Below are positions 52,273-61,147 of a DNA stretch of 64,000 nucleotides, piece after piece. The notes below the pieces were generated by a model that worked only from the letters and a program-made list of their open reading frames with translations, searched no databases and was not told the DNA's origin. The stretch spans positions 320,001 through 384,000 of the forward strand of contig OY970173.1 of the NCBI GenBank assembly GCA_963707635.1, in the 5' to 3' direction. Position 1 is the first letter of the stretch. Every line of letters starts with the position of its first letter. A program made the translations under genes and the position numbers. Source of the DNA: Candidatus Latescibacterota bacterium (GTDB lineage Bacteria > Krumholzibacteriota > Krumholzibacteriia > WVZY01 > JAKEHA01).

Positions 52273-53460
52273 CTACTTGTAGAGCGCCTTGACGCCGCCC
52301 CAGGTTGTGCTCTCTGTGCCAATAGCGGCTTGCGCCGTCGCCGAGCTTCCCAGATCCCTCCACTCCACCAGGCTCCATTGTGGCGCACTGTCGGTTCCGT
52401 CGTTGCGCACCGTGAACTGCGCGAGTGCCCCGGGAACTTCGGAATACGTCTGATCCGGAACCATCTCGAACGTGAAGTCGTAGAGCACGGTCGCCGTATG
52501 CCAGGTCTCTCCTGGGAAGTCCTCGGGGATCACCGCGACCCACTGGACCCCGCTTTCGAGTTTCAGGTCCATGCGGATATAGCGGCACGTGGGATAAGGC
52601 GGCTCATTGAGGTTTTGGTCGAACAACTTCAATGTCACGCGCAACTCGTTGTCACGGCCCCACTGCTCGGGGATGTTCCCGCCGACATCACCGGGAGCGA
52701 AAAAGAACGTGAAGTTGTCGTCGAGCAGCTCGCCGAATCTCGTGGCGTTCCTCCGGTTGTACGAAGCCTCGAGATCGGCCAGGACTTCCTCGCGCGGGAA
52801 TACGGCTCCGACATACATCGCCTTGATCTGGCCCCAGCTGGCCGATTCCGTGGAAGCGGGGCTCTGCAGGGCCGCGGAGCCTCCCGACAAATCTCTCCAC
52901 GCCACCAGCCGCCACTGCGGCGCGTCGTCGGTCCCCACATTGCGTACTGTGATCTGCGCTCGCGTGCCGGGCACGGCGATGTACGTACCGTCCGGTGCTA
53001 TCTCCATGGTGAACTCGTAGTACACGGTCGTCGTGTGCCACGTCTCGGTCGGATAGGCAGGCGGGATGGTGTCCGTCCAGGACACACCGCTCTCGAACTT
53101 CAGGTCCATGCGGATCGAGCGCCACACGGGAACGCCGGGGGTATTGAGATACGGATCAAACAGCATCGTCGTGACGGATGTCTCTTCGACGCTTCCCCAG
53201 TGCGTCGGGACAGCACCGCGAACATCTCCCGGAGCGAAGTAGAATATGAAGTCGGGGTCGAGCAGCGAGTCGAATTGGGCAATAGCACGCTCGTTGTACG
53301 ACAACTCGAGGTTATTCAGGACGTGTTCGCGCTCGGTGAGGGGTTGGAACGTCTTCGGGGGAGGGCATGGGTCGCACCCGCCGACCACTTCCTCATCTCC
53401 GCAGGCCAGAAACAACAAGGCGCCGGCCATCAGTGCGGCCAGGCACCATCGAACGTTCAT
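52273..53460 (-). CDS. Lipoprotein, tandem array member 2 (two domains, internal and terminal WGxxK motifs)
   Basis: ATG 53460; LFLA-C lipobox; two domain copies; internal SWGQIKAMY and terminal TWGGVKALYK. Confidence 0.85.
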   Translation of the reverse strand: MNVRWCLAALMAGALLFLACGDEEVVGGCDPCPPPKTFQPLTEREHVLNNLELSYNERAIAQFDSLLDPDFIFYFAPGDVRGAVPTHWGSVEETSVTTMLFDPYLNTPGVPVWRSIRMDLKFESGVSWTDTIPPAYPTETWHTTTVYYEFTMEIAPDGTYIAVPGTRAQITVRNVGTDDAPQWRLVAWRDLSGGSAALQSPASTESASWGQIKAMYVGAVFPREEVLADLEASYNRRNATRFGELLDDNFTFFFAPGDVGGNIPEQWGRDNELRVTLKLFDQNLNEPPYPTCRYIRMDLKLESGVQWVAVIPEDFPGETWHTATVLYDFTFEMVPDQTYSEVPGALAQFTVRNDGTDSAPQWSLVEWRDLGSSATAQAAIGTESTTWGGVKALYK

Positions 53461-53472
53461 TCCTATCTCCCG

Positions 53473-53508
53473 AAAAGCGAAAGAGGCACCGGCCTCGCCG
53501 GTGCCTCT
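53473..53508 (-). terminator. Intrinsic terminator after array member 1
   Basis: Minus strand agaggcaccgg-cgagg-ccggtgcctct followed by ttcgctttt. Confidence 0.7.
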
Positions 53509-53521
53509 CGAAGAAGGGCTG

Positions 53522-54124
53522 CTAGTTACTCCCGGCGAGATCTCGCCACTCGACCAGTTTGTACAGCGGATCGGCGGCGGTTCCGGTATTGCGCACCGTG
53601 AACTGCGCCTGCGAACCGGGCACGGCGATAAGGTCATGTCCGGATTCATCTCGAACGTGAATTCGTAGTACACGGTCGTCGTGTACCACGTCTCGGTGGG
53701 ATAGTCCTCGGGGATCACGTCGACCCACTGCACCCCGCTCTCGAACTTCAGATCCATGCGGATCGAGCGGCAGGTGGGATACGGCGGCTCGTTGAGGCTC
53801 TTGTCGAAGAGCTTGGAGGCCACGCGCAACTCGTCGAGCGCGCCCCCACTGGTCGGGAATGTTTCCGCCCACGTCTCCCGGCGAAAAGAAGAACGTGAAG
53901 TTCGGATCCAGGAGGTCGTCGTACGGGGAATACTTCTGCGTCGAGTACGCCACTTCGAGATTATTGAGAACGGCCTCCCGGGTGGTAAGAGGCATGATTG
54001 TCTTTACTTCTATAGGCTCGGGGGGAATATCGTCCTTGGGCTTCTCATCGGGGTTCAAAAAACACGACGATGTGCTCATGACCAGCACGATCGACCACAA
54101 TACCGACAGGTTTCTCCTACACAT
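53522..54124 (-). CDS. Lipoprotein, tandem array member 1; compensating indels near 53838 and 53630
   Basis: MCRRNLSVLWSIVLVMSTSS-C; same domain as members 2 and 3, with the middle part (DELRVASKLFDK...NPDMT) in another frame. Confidence 0.8.
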   Translation of the reverse strand: MCRRNLSVLWSIVLVMSTSSCFLNPDEKPKDDIPPEPIEVKTIMPLTTREAVLNNLEVAYSTQKYSPYDDLLDPNFTFFFSPGDVGGNIPDQWGRARRVARGLQALRQEPQRAAVSHLPLDPHGSEVRERGAVGRRDPRGLSHRDVVHDDRVLRIHVRDESGHDLIAVPGSQAQFTVRNTGTAADPLYKLVEWRDLAGSN

Positions 54125-54169
54125 CGCCAACTGTCCTTTCCGCGAAGAGCCGCGCTGAAAAGCCATTGT

Positions 54170-54199
54170 ATGATACCACGCATTGCAGTCTAAGGTCAA
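54170..54199 (-). promoter_or_regulatory. Possible sigma70-type promoter for the lipoprotein array
   Basis: Minus strand TTGACC-N18-TATCAT in an AT-richer spacer. Confidence 0.45.
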
Positions 54200-54256
54200 G
54201 AACTTGAATGGGTTACCCCATATCCTCCATGAGTGTGTACATGTCTCCTGCTTCCT

Positions 54257-54859
54257 CTAGGGGTTGAGTCGTAACCTCAAGATTCCCTTAAGGAATCCCC
54301 ACGTCGAAAATCCGGCCACGGTCTCCACTTCATTCCAGAAGGTCACCCGCCAGTTGCCGCCCTCGTTGCGCACATCGAACTCGGCCACGCCCGCGTAGTG
54401 GGTCGTGTCGGTCGGGCTGGCGGCCGGGATCACGTCCAGCGTGTAGTCCACGCGGTAACGCACGAACGTGTTCTTGTTGATGAGCACGCTCGGGGTGAAG
54501 CTGACGTTGATCTTCTGCGCGTCGGACAGAAGCAACCGCACCACATCCATTTCGACCGGCTTGGTCCAGTTGTCGTACACCCCGGTTCCGATGAAATTCT
54601 GATCGAGCGAATCGGTCAGCGTCGGCGAAAACACGAAATTCGCACTGATGGCTCGTTCGTAGTTTGCATCCTGCTTGCATTCCTCCAGCGATTTCTCGAT
54701 CGCCACGAAGGCTTGCACCGGCGTATCCAGCGAAACCACCGGGCAGTCGGAACCCGTAATTGGCTCCTGGGCGTCGCGCGTATCGAACTGGCACGCCGGC
54801 GTTTGCAACAGCATTGCGTACGTTAGCATCCACGTCAGAATTCTCCGGGCCGCCTTCAT
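54257..54859 (-). CDS. Lipoprotein, probable distant relative of the tandem array domain
   Basis: MKAARR...QTPA-CQFDTRDAQEP; NFVFSP...W...E...WRVTFWNE...STWGFLK; ATG 54859. Confidence 0.75.
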   Translation of the reverse strand: MKAARRILTWMLTYAMLLQTPACQFDTRDAQEPITGSDCPVVSLDTPVQAFVAIEKSLEECKQDANYERAISANFVFSPTLTDSLDQNFIGTGVYDNWTKPVEMDVVRLLLSDAQKINVSFTPSVLINKNTFVRYRVDYTLDVIPAASPTDTTHYAGVAEFDVRNEGGNWRVTFWNEVETVAGFSTWGFLKGILRLRLNP

Positions 54860-54861
54860 CG

Positions 54862-56832
54862 CTAGAATGGGTACGAAAACTCCGAACGGGCGTCCCAGTA
54901 GTTCTTCTCTGCTTCCGCGCCAAACGGGCTGAACCGCTTCACCCGCGCCACCGTGAACGAGAGCTTGCGGCCGCTCCCCCAGTCGTAGTCTCCCATCGTC
55001 CCCACCCGGATCTGGCCGTCGGTCGTGACCGTCTTCGTGTCCGACGCAAGAAAACGATTCTCGAAACGGCTGTAGAGATTCTCGCCGAACACCTTCACGC
55101 GCGGGTTGACCCGGTAATCCACCCGGATGTTGGTACGGTCCCGGCGGTCTTCCGACTGCACGTCGAGCAGATCCTCCCCGGTCGCCGGATCCGGCAGGTA
55201 CGAACCCGTGTCGTGCAGGTAGAGCGCGTATTCGAACTTGAAGTCGATGTCTCTCATCGGCCTGAACAGGAATGTGTTCGTAAAGGTGAGGTTTCGGTCG
55301 AGGTAATTGTCCGTCGACTTGTAGGTGTAATCGGTGAACTCGATCGCGAGGCCGTAGCTCTGGGTGATGGTGAGCCACTGATTCATCGTGTACGTGAAAC
55401 CCGGTCGTAACTCGTAGAGGCTGCGCGTGCGGTTGTTACCCGATTCGCTGGCATCGATGTTGATGAACTCGGACCCCGAGTACGCGACGTTGATCGTCGC
55501 CACAATCGGCTTGAACGGTGTCGACGACAGGCGCAGATTCACGCTGGAGTCCACCTGATCGCGATCGCGTGGGTTCGCCTCGTAGTCGAGATAGAACGAC
55601 TGCAAAAGCTGGGTCGACCCGTTGAGGTCCACAGTGAGCGTCGGAGTGAACTGGTGGGAGATCCCCAGCCGGACGAGCTTGCGCTTGTCGGTCAGGCTGC
55701 TCACCGACTGCGGTCCGAGGTCGCGGAGCGTCGAGTTTCCTTCGAACGACACGGTCGCCCTGGATTTCCATGGCAGCTGATAGTCGATCGTGCCGGTGAA
55801 CCCGTCGGAGGTGGTGTTGCTGAATCGTTCTTTCTGGATCGCGTAGTCGAACACGTCCTCGGCGTGGTTCGCGCTCAAGTTGAGGCCGAATTTCAACGGA
55901 AGCCGGGACGTCAGGGTAAGCGTCGTGTTGCGCACATCGTGGAACTCGGTCTCTTCGAACACGTTCTCCGCCCCTTCGAGCTGGCCCCCGAGCGACCCGC
56001 GAGCCTGGTCGGTGAAAACACGGTCGGCGTGATAGTCCACGTAGTCCGCGGCAAAGCGGATGCTGTCCGAAAATGCCACGCGGGCGCTCGCCGAAAGCGA
56101 GTCCTCCGAGGCGCCCAGCCCGTGGAACGTCGAATCGGCCGTGGTCGAGCGCTGGTCGGATGCGCCGGTTCCCGTTCGTCCCACCAACAACAAGCGGTGG
56201 TCCAGGGCCTCAAAGGCAACGCCGCCGAATACGCCTCCCGCGAGCGTCTGGTCGGTCTTGAAGGTGCGCTCGCCGTTGACCACGCTCCCTTTCACGGTGG
56301 CATCCATCCGCACGTCCCCGAATCTCTGCACGTATCCGACATTGCTCGACAGCGAGAGGTCATTCACGATGAAATCCTGGACCCCGCCGCCGACGGCGAT
56401 CGAGCGGTTGAACACCCGGTTGTCCGCGTAGGTCACGGTCCCGATCAGGTCGGGTCGAAACGTCTGTGACAGGCTGGCCGACATGCGCTTGTTATCTTCG
56501 AGCCGATTCTGCAACCGGTAGTTCTTCTTGTCCCCGCTCAACACGAAGGTGAACGAGCTTTTCCATGGCAGCCGTATGAAGGTTCTCAATTCGTTGGCCA
56601 TGCCCACGCTCGACACGTCACCGGTGATCCGGTTCGAAAACGTCGGTGAAAACACGTAGCGCGGTGTGAACTTGATCAGTGAATCCGTCGCGGCACTGGT
56701 GATGGCTGTGAGCGCAGAGTCCGCCGGCACATTGCCACTCACCTGCGCGCGGACCGAAGCGGCGAACGCGCCGAGACCGAGCGTCGCCGTCACCGTCAAC
56801 AACACCCGCCGTGTCAAACGCATGGAGTCCAT
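54862..56832 (-). CDS. Outer-membrane beta-barrel protein, function unknown
   Basis: Signal peptide (ASVRA-Q); alternating S/T/N/Y/F-rich beta strands; C-terminal EFSYPF beta-signal. Confidence 0.75.
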   Translation of the reverse strand: MDSMRLTRRVLLTVTATLGLGAFAASVRAQVSGNVPADSALTAITSAATDSLIKFTPRYVFSPTFSNRITGDVSSVGMANELRTFIRLPWKSSFTFVLSGDKKNYRLQNRLEDNKRMSASLSQTFRPDLIGTVTYADNRVFNRSIAVGGGVQDFIVNDLSLSSNVGYVQRFGDVRMDATVKGSVVNGERTFKTDQTLAGGVFGGVAFEALDHRLLLVGRTGTGASDQRSTTADSTFHGLGASEDSLSASARVAFSDSIRFAADYVDYHADRVFTDQARGSLGGQLEGAENVFEETEFHDVRNTTLTLTSRLPLKFGLNLSANHAEDVFDYAIQKERFSNTTSDGFTGTIDYQLPWKSRATVSFEGNSTLRDLGPQSVSSLTDKRKLVRLGISHQFTPTLTVDLNGSTQLLQSFYLDYEANPRDRDQVDSSVNLRLSSTPFKPIVATINVAYSGSEFINIDASESGNNRTRSLYELRPGFTYTMNQWLTITQSYGLAIEFTDYTYKSTDNYLDRNLTFTNTFLFRPMRDIDFKFEYALYLHDTGSYLPDPATGEDLLDVQSEDRRDRTNIRVDYRVNPRVKVFGENLYSRFENRFLASDTKTVTTDGQIRVGTMGDYDWGSGRKLSFTVARVKRFSPFGAEAEKNYWDARSEFSYPF

Positions 56833-56850
56833 TCCGTCCGGTCGAGGGGG

Positions 56851-57729
56851 TCACACGCGCGCCGCGCTCACCCGTTGCGCGAGCGCGATGAACTGTTCCT
56901 TCGCCAGCGCCTCGGGGCGCGCCTGCAGGTCGACCCCCGCCTCGTCGGCAATCTTGGTCAGCGTCTCTTCCGGCAGCGGGTAGAATGCGCGCAGGGTGTT
57001 GTGGATGGTTTTTCGCCGCTGCTGGAACAGATTCTTGACCAGAGCGAGAAAGGGTTCGACCTCGTCGCCCGAAATGAGCGGCCGCGCCAGCGGAAAGAAG
57101 GCCAGGACGATCGACGCCACCTGGGGCCTCGGAAAGAACGACCCCGCTGCAACCTTCGTGACAACGCGGATGTCGTAGAGACTCTGGAGCACGACGCTCG
57201 GAATCCCGTAGACCCGGCTCCCGGGCGGGGAAACCACCCGCTCGCCCACTTCGCGCTGCATCATGATCACCGCGCGCGACACCTCGCTGCGCGCGTCGAC
57301 CAGAAAGTCGAAGAGCACGTTGCGGGTGAGGTAGTACGGAATGTTTCCGATCAACACGCACCGTTCATATCCCCTTTGGCGCAGGAGGTCGCGCAGCGTC
57401 ACGGTCGTGAAATCGACGCTCACGATCTCGATCCGTTCACGCGCGGCGCTCCCGGCGCCCAGTTTCAGGTCGAATTCCGCGCCCAGCTCCGCGACCAGGT
57501 CGCGGTCCAGCTCGAGCGCGAGGAGCCGGGGTCCGCGCTCCGCGATGAGCTTCGTCAGGACCCCGTGCCCGGGGCCCAGCTCCACCACGACATCGTCGGG
57601 CCCCAACGCGGCGGCGGCGACGATCCTCGCGGCAATGCCGCGGTCGTGGAGAAAGTTCTGGCCGAAGCGCTTGCGGGGGCGAAACCGGCCCTGATTCAAT
57701 TGGCTACTCGTTGTCGAAGGTACGCGCAA
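56851..57729 (-). CDS. rsmA: 16S rRNA (adenine1518/1519-N6)-dimethyltransferase
   Basis: KRFGQNFL, VELGPGHGVLT, ELDRDL, GNIPYY, MQREV, FFPRPQV, FQQRRKT; start uncertain. Confidence 0.96.
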   Translation of the reverse strand: MRVPSTTSSQLNQGRFRPRKRFGQNFLHDRGIAARIVAAAALGPDDVVVELGPGHGVLTKLIAERGPRLLALELDRDLVAELGAEFDLKLGAGSAARERIEIVSVDFTTVTLRDLLRQRGYERCVLIGNIPYYLTRNVLFDFLVDARSEVSRAVIMMQREVGERVVSPPGSRVYGIPSVVLQSLYDIRVVTKVAAGSFFPRPQVASIVLAFFPLARPLISGDEVEPFLALVKNLFQQRRKTIHNTLRAFYPLPEETLTKIADEAGVDLQARPEALAKEQFIALAQRVSAARV

Positions 57730-57836
57730 ACTTCGCGCGGTCGTCAGGGGGATGACGAACGATCCGATACCAGTGGAAAGAGAGGGAACCTCCTGGCCGC
57801 GCCCTGTTTAGAGGTATGGGTGCAGCTTTGTGGCCT

Positions 57837-57902
57837 AGTATAGCCTCTTCTCGGGCCGGGCGTCAAGGGCCCCTTGACTCCCCGGATGCTGGTTCCTAGA
57901 TT
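57837..57902. promoter_or_regulatory. Back-to-back sigma70-type promoters (rsmA operon and tonB)
   Basis: Minus strand TTGACG-N18-TATACT (57866-57837); plus strand TTGACT-N17-TAGATT (57874-57902). Confidence 0.6.
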
Positions 57903-57952
57903 GCAGCTAGCCCCGTCGAGTAGTTGAGCTGCCGCCCCGGAAGGAGTGCGCC

Positions 57953-58681
57953 ATGGTCAACGATCGACCCCACGCTGCGTTTTCGATTGCTTCCACTCAC
58001 CGCCTGCCACTGACAGGTGAGTTTCACCCGCTGCGCCGGGAGTTCGAACGATGGCTGGCGACGGGCAACCTCATCACGCTGTTGCTTGCGATCTCGATCT
58101 TCTCGATCTGGTATTTCGGGCGGGAGATCCCGGTCACCGAGGTCACGCTTTTCCACCCGCGGGTGATCGACGTCAGCAAGGTGCCGGTGCCGCCGCCCAC
58201 TCCAGGCGGGCCGCCCGTTAACTACCGGACAACCGTTCCGCCGAAGAACTTCTATCCGGAGCCGGTCGAGGATCCGGACACGAACGCCACCATCCCCACA
58301 CAGGATGACCTTCGTAGTTGGGGACCGGGGCCCGACGAGGTGGTGAACCCGGGCGACATCATCATTGTTCCAGAACCGGAGGCGCCGGGAACTGCGTACC
58401 AGGTGTTCGACGAACTCCCCGTTCTCATTAGCGTCGAGCCGCCGGTCTATCCCCAGATCGTGCGCGATGCCGGCATCGACGGGACCGTCGAGGTGCAGGT
58501 GCTCATCGGGCGAAACGGCCGTGTGAAGGAGGCCCGCGCCGTGAGCGGCAGCGACGTGCTCCACGCCGCCGCGGTCGCCTCGGCGCGTACGGCGGTGTTC
58601 AAACCGGCACTCCAGGGTACCCGCCCGGTCGAGGTCCTGATCGTGATTCCGGTCGTGTTCCAGCTCCAGGGTGGCCACTAG
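57953..58681 (+). CDS. tonB: Energy transducer TonB family protein
   Basis: Single TM helix, Pro-rich linker, TonB_C (PVYPQIVRDAGIDGTVEVQVLIGRNGRV...FKPA..GTRPV...IPVVF). Confidence 0.88.
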   Translation: MVNDRPHAAFSIASTHRLPLTGEFHPLRREFERWLATGNLITLLLAISIFSIWYFGREIPVTEVTLFHPRVIDVSKVPVPPPTPGGPPVNYRTTVPPKNFYPEPVEDPDTNATIPTQDDLRSWGPGPDEVVNPGDIIIVPEPEAPGTAYQVFDELPVLISVEPPVYPQIVRDAGIDGTVEVQVLIGRNGRVKEARAVSGSDVLHAAAVASARTAVFKPALQGTRPVEVLIVIPVVFQLQGGH

Positions 58682-58754
58682 GTTCGCGGCCTCGCAGAGG
58701 CAGCGTGTGGTGGTATACTCCTCGGGCCGTCGTCCCCGGAACAAGGAGGCCATT

Positions 58755-59819
58755 GTGAATCTCAAGTCTGTCGTGATCGGAGCCGGCGCGATCTGCCTGC
58801 TCGCGGGCGCAGTAAGCGCCGACGTCCGCTGGAGCGATGAAACCTACGCGCAGGTTCTCACCCGCGCGAGAGCGGAGAAGAAGTACGTCTTCATCGACTT
58901 CTACGCCACCTGGTGCGGGCCGTGCAAACGGCTCGACGAGTCGACATACCCCGACGCGAAGGCGAGCGAGCTGCTGAACTCCATGATCGCGGTCAAGTGG
59001 GACGCGGAGAAGGATCCGTGGCTCGCGACCGCGAAGCAATACAAGGTGCACGCCTACCCGTCGCTGATCGTGCTCGATCCGAACGGCGTGGAAGTCGACC
59101 GCCACCTGGGGTATCTGCCTCCCGAAGAATTCGTCGCCACCATCGACGGATTCCGCAACGGCGTCGGCACGACGGCCGCCCTCGCCGCGCAATTGAGCAA
59201 GTCGCCCAACGATGCGGATCTGCTCTATCAGATCGGCATGAAGTACGCGGACTCGGGGCGCTCCGATGAAGCCACCGACGTTCTCACCCGGGCGATGTCG
59301 CTCGACCCCAAGGACGCGAAGGGTCGAAACGCGGAGATGCTCTACGCGCTTGGCGCCGCCCACTATAACAACGACCAGTTCGCAGAAGCGAAGCCCTACT
59401 TCGAACGGCTCACGAACGAATACGCGACCTCGGACTGGTACGAAGACGGCATGCATCGACTGGCCGGCACCGAGTACAAGCTCGGCAACAAGGACGCGGC
59501 CGTCGCCACCTACTGGAAGTCGACCGAGAAGAAGCAGGACGATGCGAACGCCTTGAACGGTTTCGCGTGGTTCTGCGCGCAGCGGAAGATCGGCCTGGAC
59601 AAGGCCCTGCCCGCGGCGCAGAAGGCCGCCGACCTCTCGGGCCGCGACCCGGGCATCCTCGACACGCTGGCGGAGGTCTATTTCGCGAAGGGCGACTTCG
59701 ACAACGCGATCAAGGTGGGCGAAGAGGCCCTCGCGAAGAAGCCGGACGACGTCTATTACAAGGACCAGGTCGCGAAGTTCAAGAAGGCGAAGGCGGACGC
59801 GGACCAGGCGAGACGGTAA
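58755..59819 (+). CDS. Exported thioredoxin-fold protein with C-terminal TPRs
   Basis: AAGGAGG then GTG; signal peptide; IDFYATWCGPCK; AYPSL cis-Pro; TPRs (LNGFAW, ILDTLAEVY). Confidence 0.9.
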   Translation: MNLKSVVIGAGAICLLAGAVSADVRWSDETYAQVLTRARAEKKYVFIDFYATWCGPCKRLDESTYPDAKASELLNSMIAVKWDAEKDPWLATAKQYKVHAYPSLIVLDPNGVEVDRHLGYLPPEEFVATIDGFRNGVGTTAALAAQLSKSPNDADLLYQIGMKYADSGRSDEATDVLTRAMSLDPKDAKGRNAEMLYALGAAHYNNDQFAEAKPYFERLTNEYATSDWYEDGMHRLAGTEYKLGNKDAAVATYWKSTEKKQDDANALNGFAWFCAQRKIGLDKALPAAQKAADLSGRDPGILDTLAEVYFAKGDFDNAIKVGEEALAKKPDDVYYKDQVAKFKKAKADADQARR

Positions 59820-59822
59820 TTG

Positions 59823-60731
59823 TTACGCCGCCTGACGGTCGAGCTTCGGGCATAGCGACGGAATCTGCTCTGCGTACGGATCCAGCTTCACGCCGAATGT
59901 CGTCGTGAACACGGTCGCGTCGCAGATGTTGTCTTCGAGCAGCATGTAGAGCTCGTCGAGCGTCAGCGGGAACGACTTGAACCGCTGCGCGAACTTCACC
60001 ACCGGCTTGGCGAGCCGTGAGGGGACCGACACCGTGTTCGGCCACACGCCGTAGTGGCGCGCGATCGTGTACATGAGATCGACGAACGCCACCCGCTCCG
60101 GGCCGCCCGCCTCGTAGATCTTCCCCTGTGTTTCCGGCATCGTCACCGCGTGTGCGATTGGCTCCGCGATGTTGCGGAGCGATATCGGCTGCAGGAGCGC
60201 TTTGCCCCCGTCGATGACGGGGACGATCGGGCGATGAACCAGGTCGGCCACCAGCGGGTGAAACTCGTCGCCCGGCCCGAAAATGACCGAGGGCCGGAAG
60301 ATCGTCCAGCGCATCCCCGATTTGCGCACGATCTCTTCCGACTCGAACTTGGTGCGGTGGTAGCCCGACGGCGCGTCGGCGCGCGCGCCCAGCCCGCTCA
60401 AGTAGATCGCGCGCTCCACACCGCCCCGCTTCGCCGCGTCCATGATGGAGTAAGTCGCCTCGGTGTGCATCGCCTCGTAACTGATGCCGTCCTCCGGGCT
60501 CTCGCGGCGGATGCCGATCAGGTGCACGACCGCGTCGCACCCGTCGACGGCGCGCAGGCACGCGTGCGTGTCGAGCACATCGCCGGGGAGCACTTCGATG
60601 CCTTCGCGCGCGTCGATCTTGCCGACGCTCTGCGTTCGCACCAGCGCGCGAACCTCGTGGCCCTTCGCCTTGAGCTCGCGCCGGACCGCCGTGCCGACGA
60701 AGCCCGTCCCACCCGTGAGCAGAATCTTCAT
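59823..60731 (-). CDS. NAD-dependent epimerase/dehydratase (NDUFA9-like atypical SDR)
   Basis: ILLTGGTGFVG, VVHLIGI, YHRTKFESE, FRPSVIFG. Confidence 0.9.
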   Translation of the reverse strand: MKILLTGGTGFVGTAVRRELKAKGHEVRALVRTQSVGKIDAREGIEVLPGDVLDTHACLRAVDGCDAVVHLIGIRRESPEDGISYEAMHTEATYSIMDAAKRGGVERAIYLSGLGARADAPSGYHRTKFESEEIVRKSGMRWTIFRPSVIFGPGDEFHPLVADLVHRPIVPVIDGGKALLQPISLRNIAEPIAHAVTMPETQGKIYEAGGPERVAFVDLMYTIARHYGVWPNTVSVPSRLAKPVVKFAQRFKSFPLTLDELYMLLEDNICDATVFTTTFGVKLDPYAEQIPSLCPKLDRQAA

Positions 60732-60733
60732 CG

Positions 60734-61135
60734 CTATTCGCTTCCCTTCCCGCAGACCGGACACTCGCTGATCACGCGGGCGAAAAAAACTTTGCACTCG
60801 TCGCAGTGGAGCATGTCGTCGCCGGCCTCGCCGCCTTCGAGCACCGCCCAGGTTTCGTCCTTGTCCTCGATGGGCACGTACAGCTCTACCATGCCTTCCT
60901 CGTTTTCCACCGCGATCGACGAGATCCCCTGGTCGTCGAGAAAGAAGCGCGTGGCGTCGACGCCGTCATTGCTCGAATACAGGACGATCATCTCCCACTC
61001 GCTCTCGTCCTCGAGCGCTTCGTGGTTCGAGCAGATCACGGCGTTGAAAATCGGCTGGAAGCACTCGCTGCACACCGGGTCGCCACAGACCGCGCAGATA
61101 CCGGCCATGGTCCCGTCGCTATGGTCACACTTCAT
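60734..61135 (-). CDS. B-box-like Zn finger + DUF2007-like domain + C-terminal Zn ribbon protein
   Basis: CDH...CAVCGDPVCSEC...CSNH; LDDQGI...VELYVP; CDEC...CPVCG. Confidence 0.75.
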   Translation of the reverse strand: MKCDHSDGTMAGICAVCGDPVCSECFQPIFNAVICSNHEALEDESEWEMIVLYSSNDGVDATRFFLDDQGISSIAVENEEGMVELYVPIEDKDETWAVLEGGEAGDDMLHCDECKVFFARVISECPVCGKGSE

Positions 61136-61147
61136 CGTCTTTCCCTC

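Noticed and set aside
52273..53829. 518-aa three-domain ORF in the ORF track
   Set aside because: Artefact of indels in member 1; a terminator, RBS and fresh signal peptide at 53460 show these are two genes.
51617..54124. Lipoprotein repeats as a CRISPR array or diversity-generating retroelement
   Set aside because: Repeats are long coding domains without spacers; there is no reverse transcriptase or cas gene, and I saw no adenine-specific variation.
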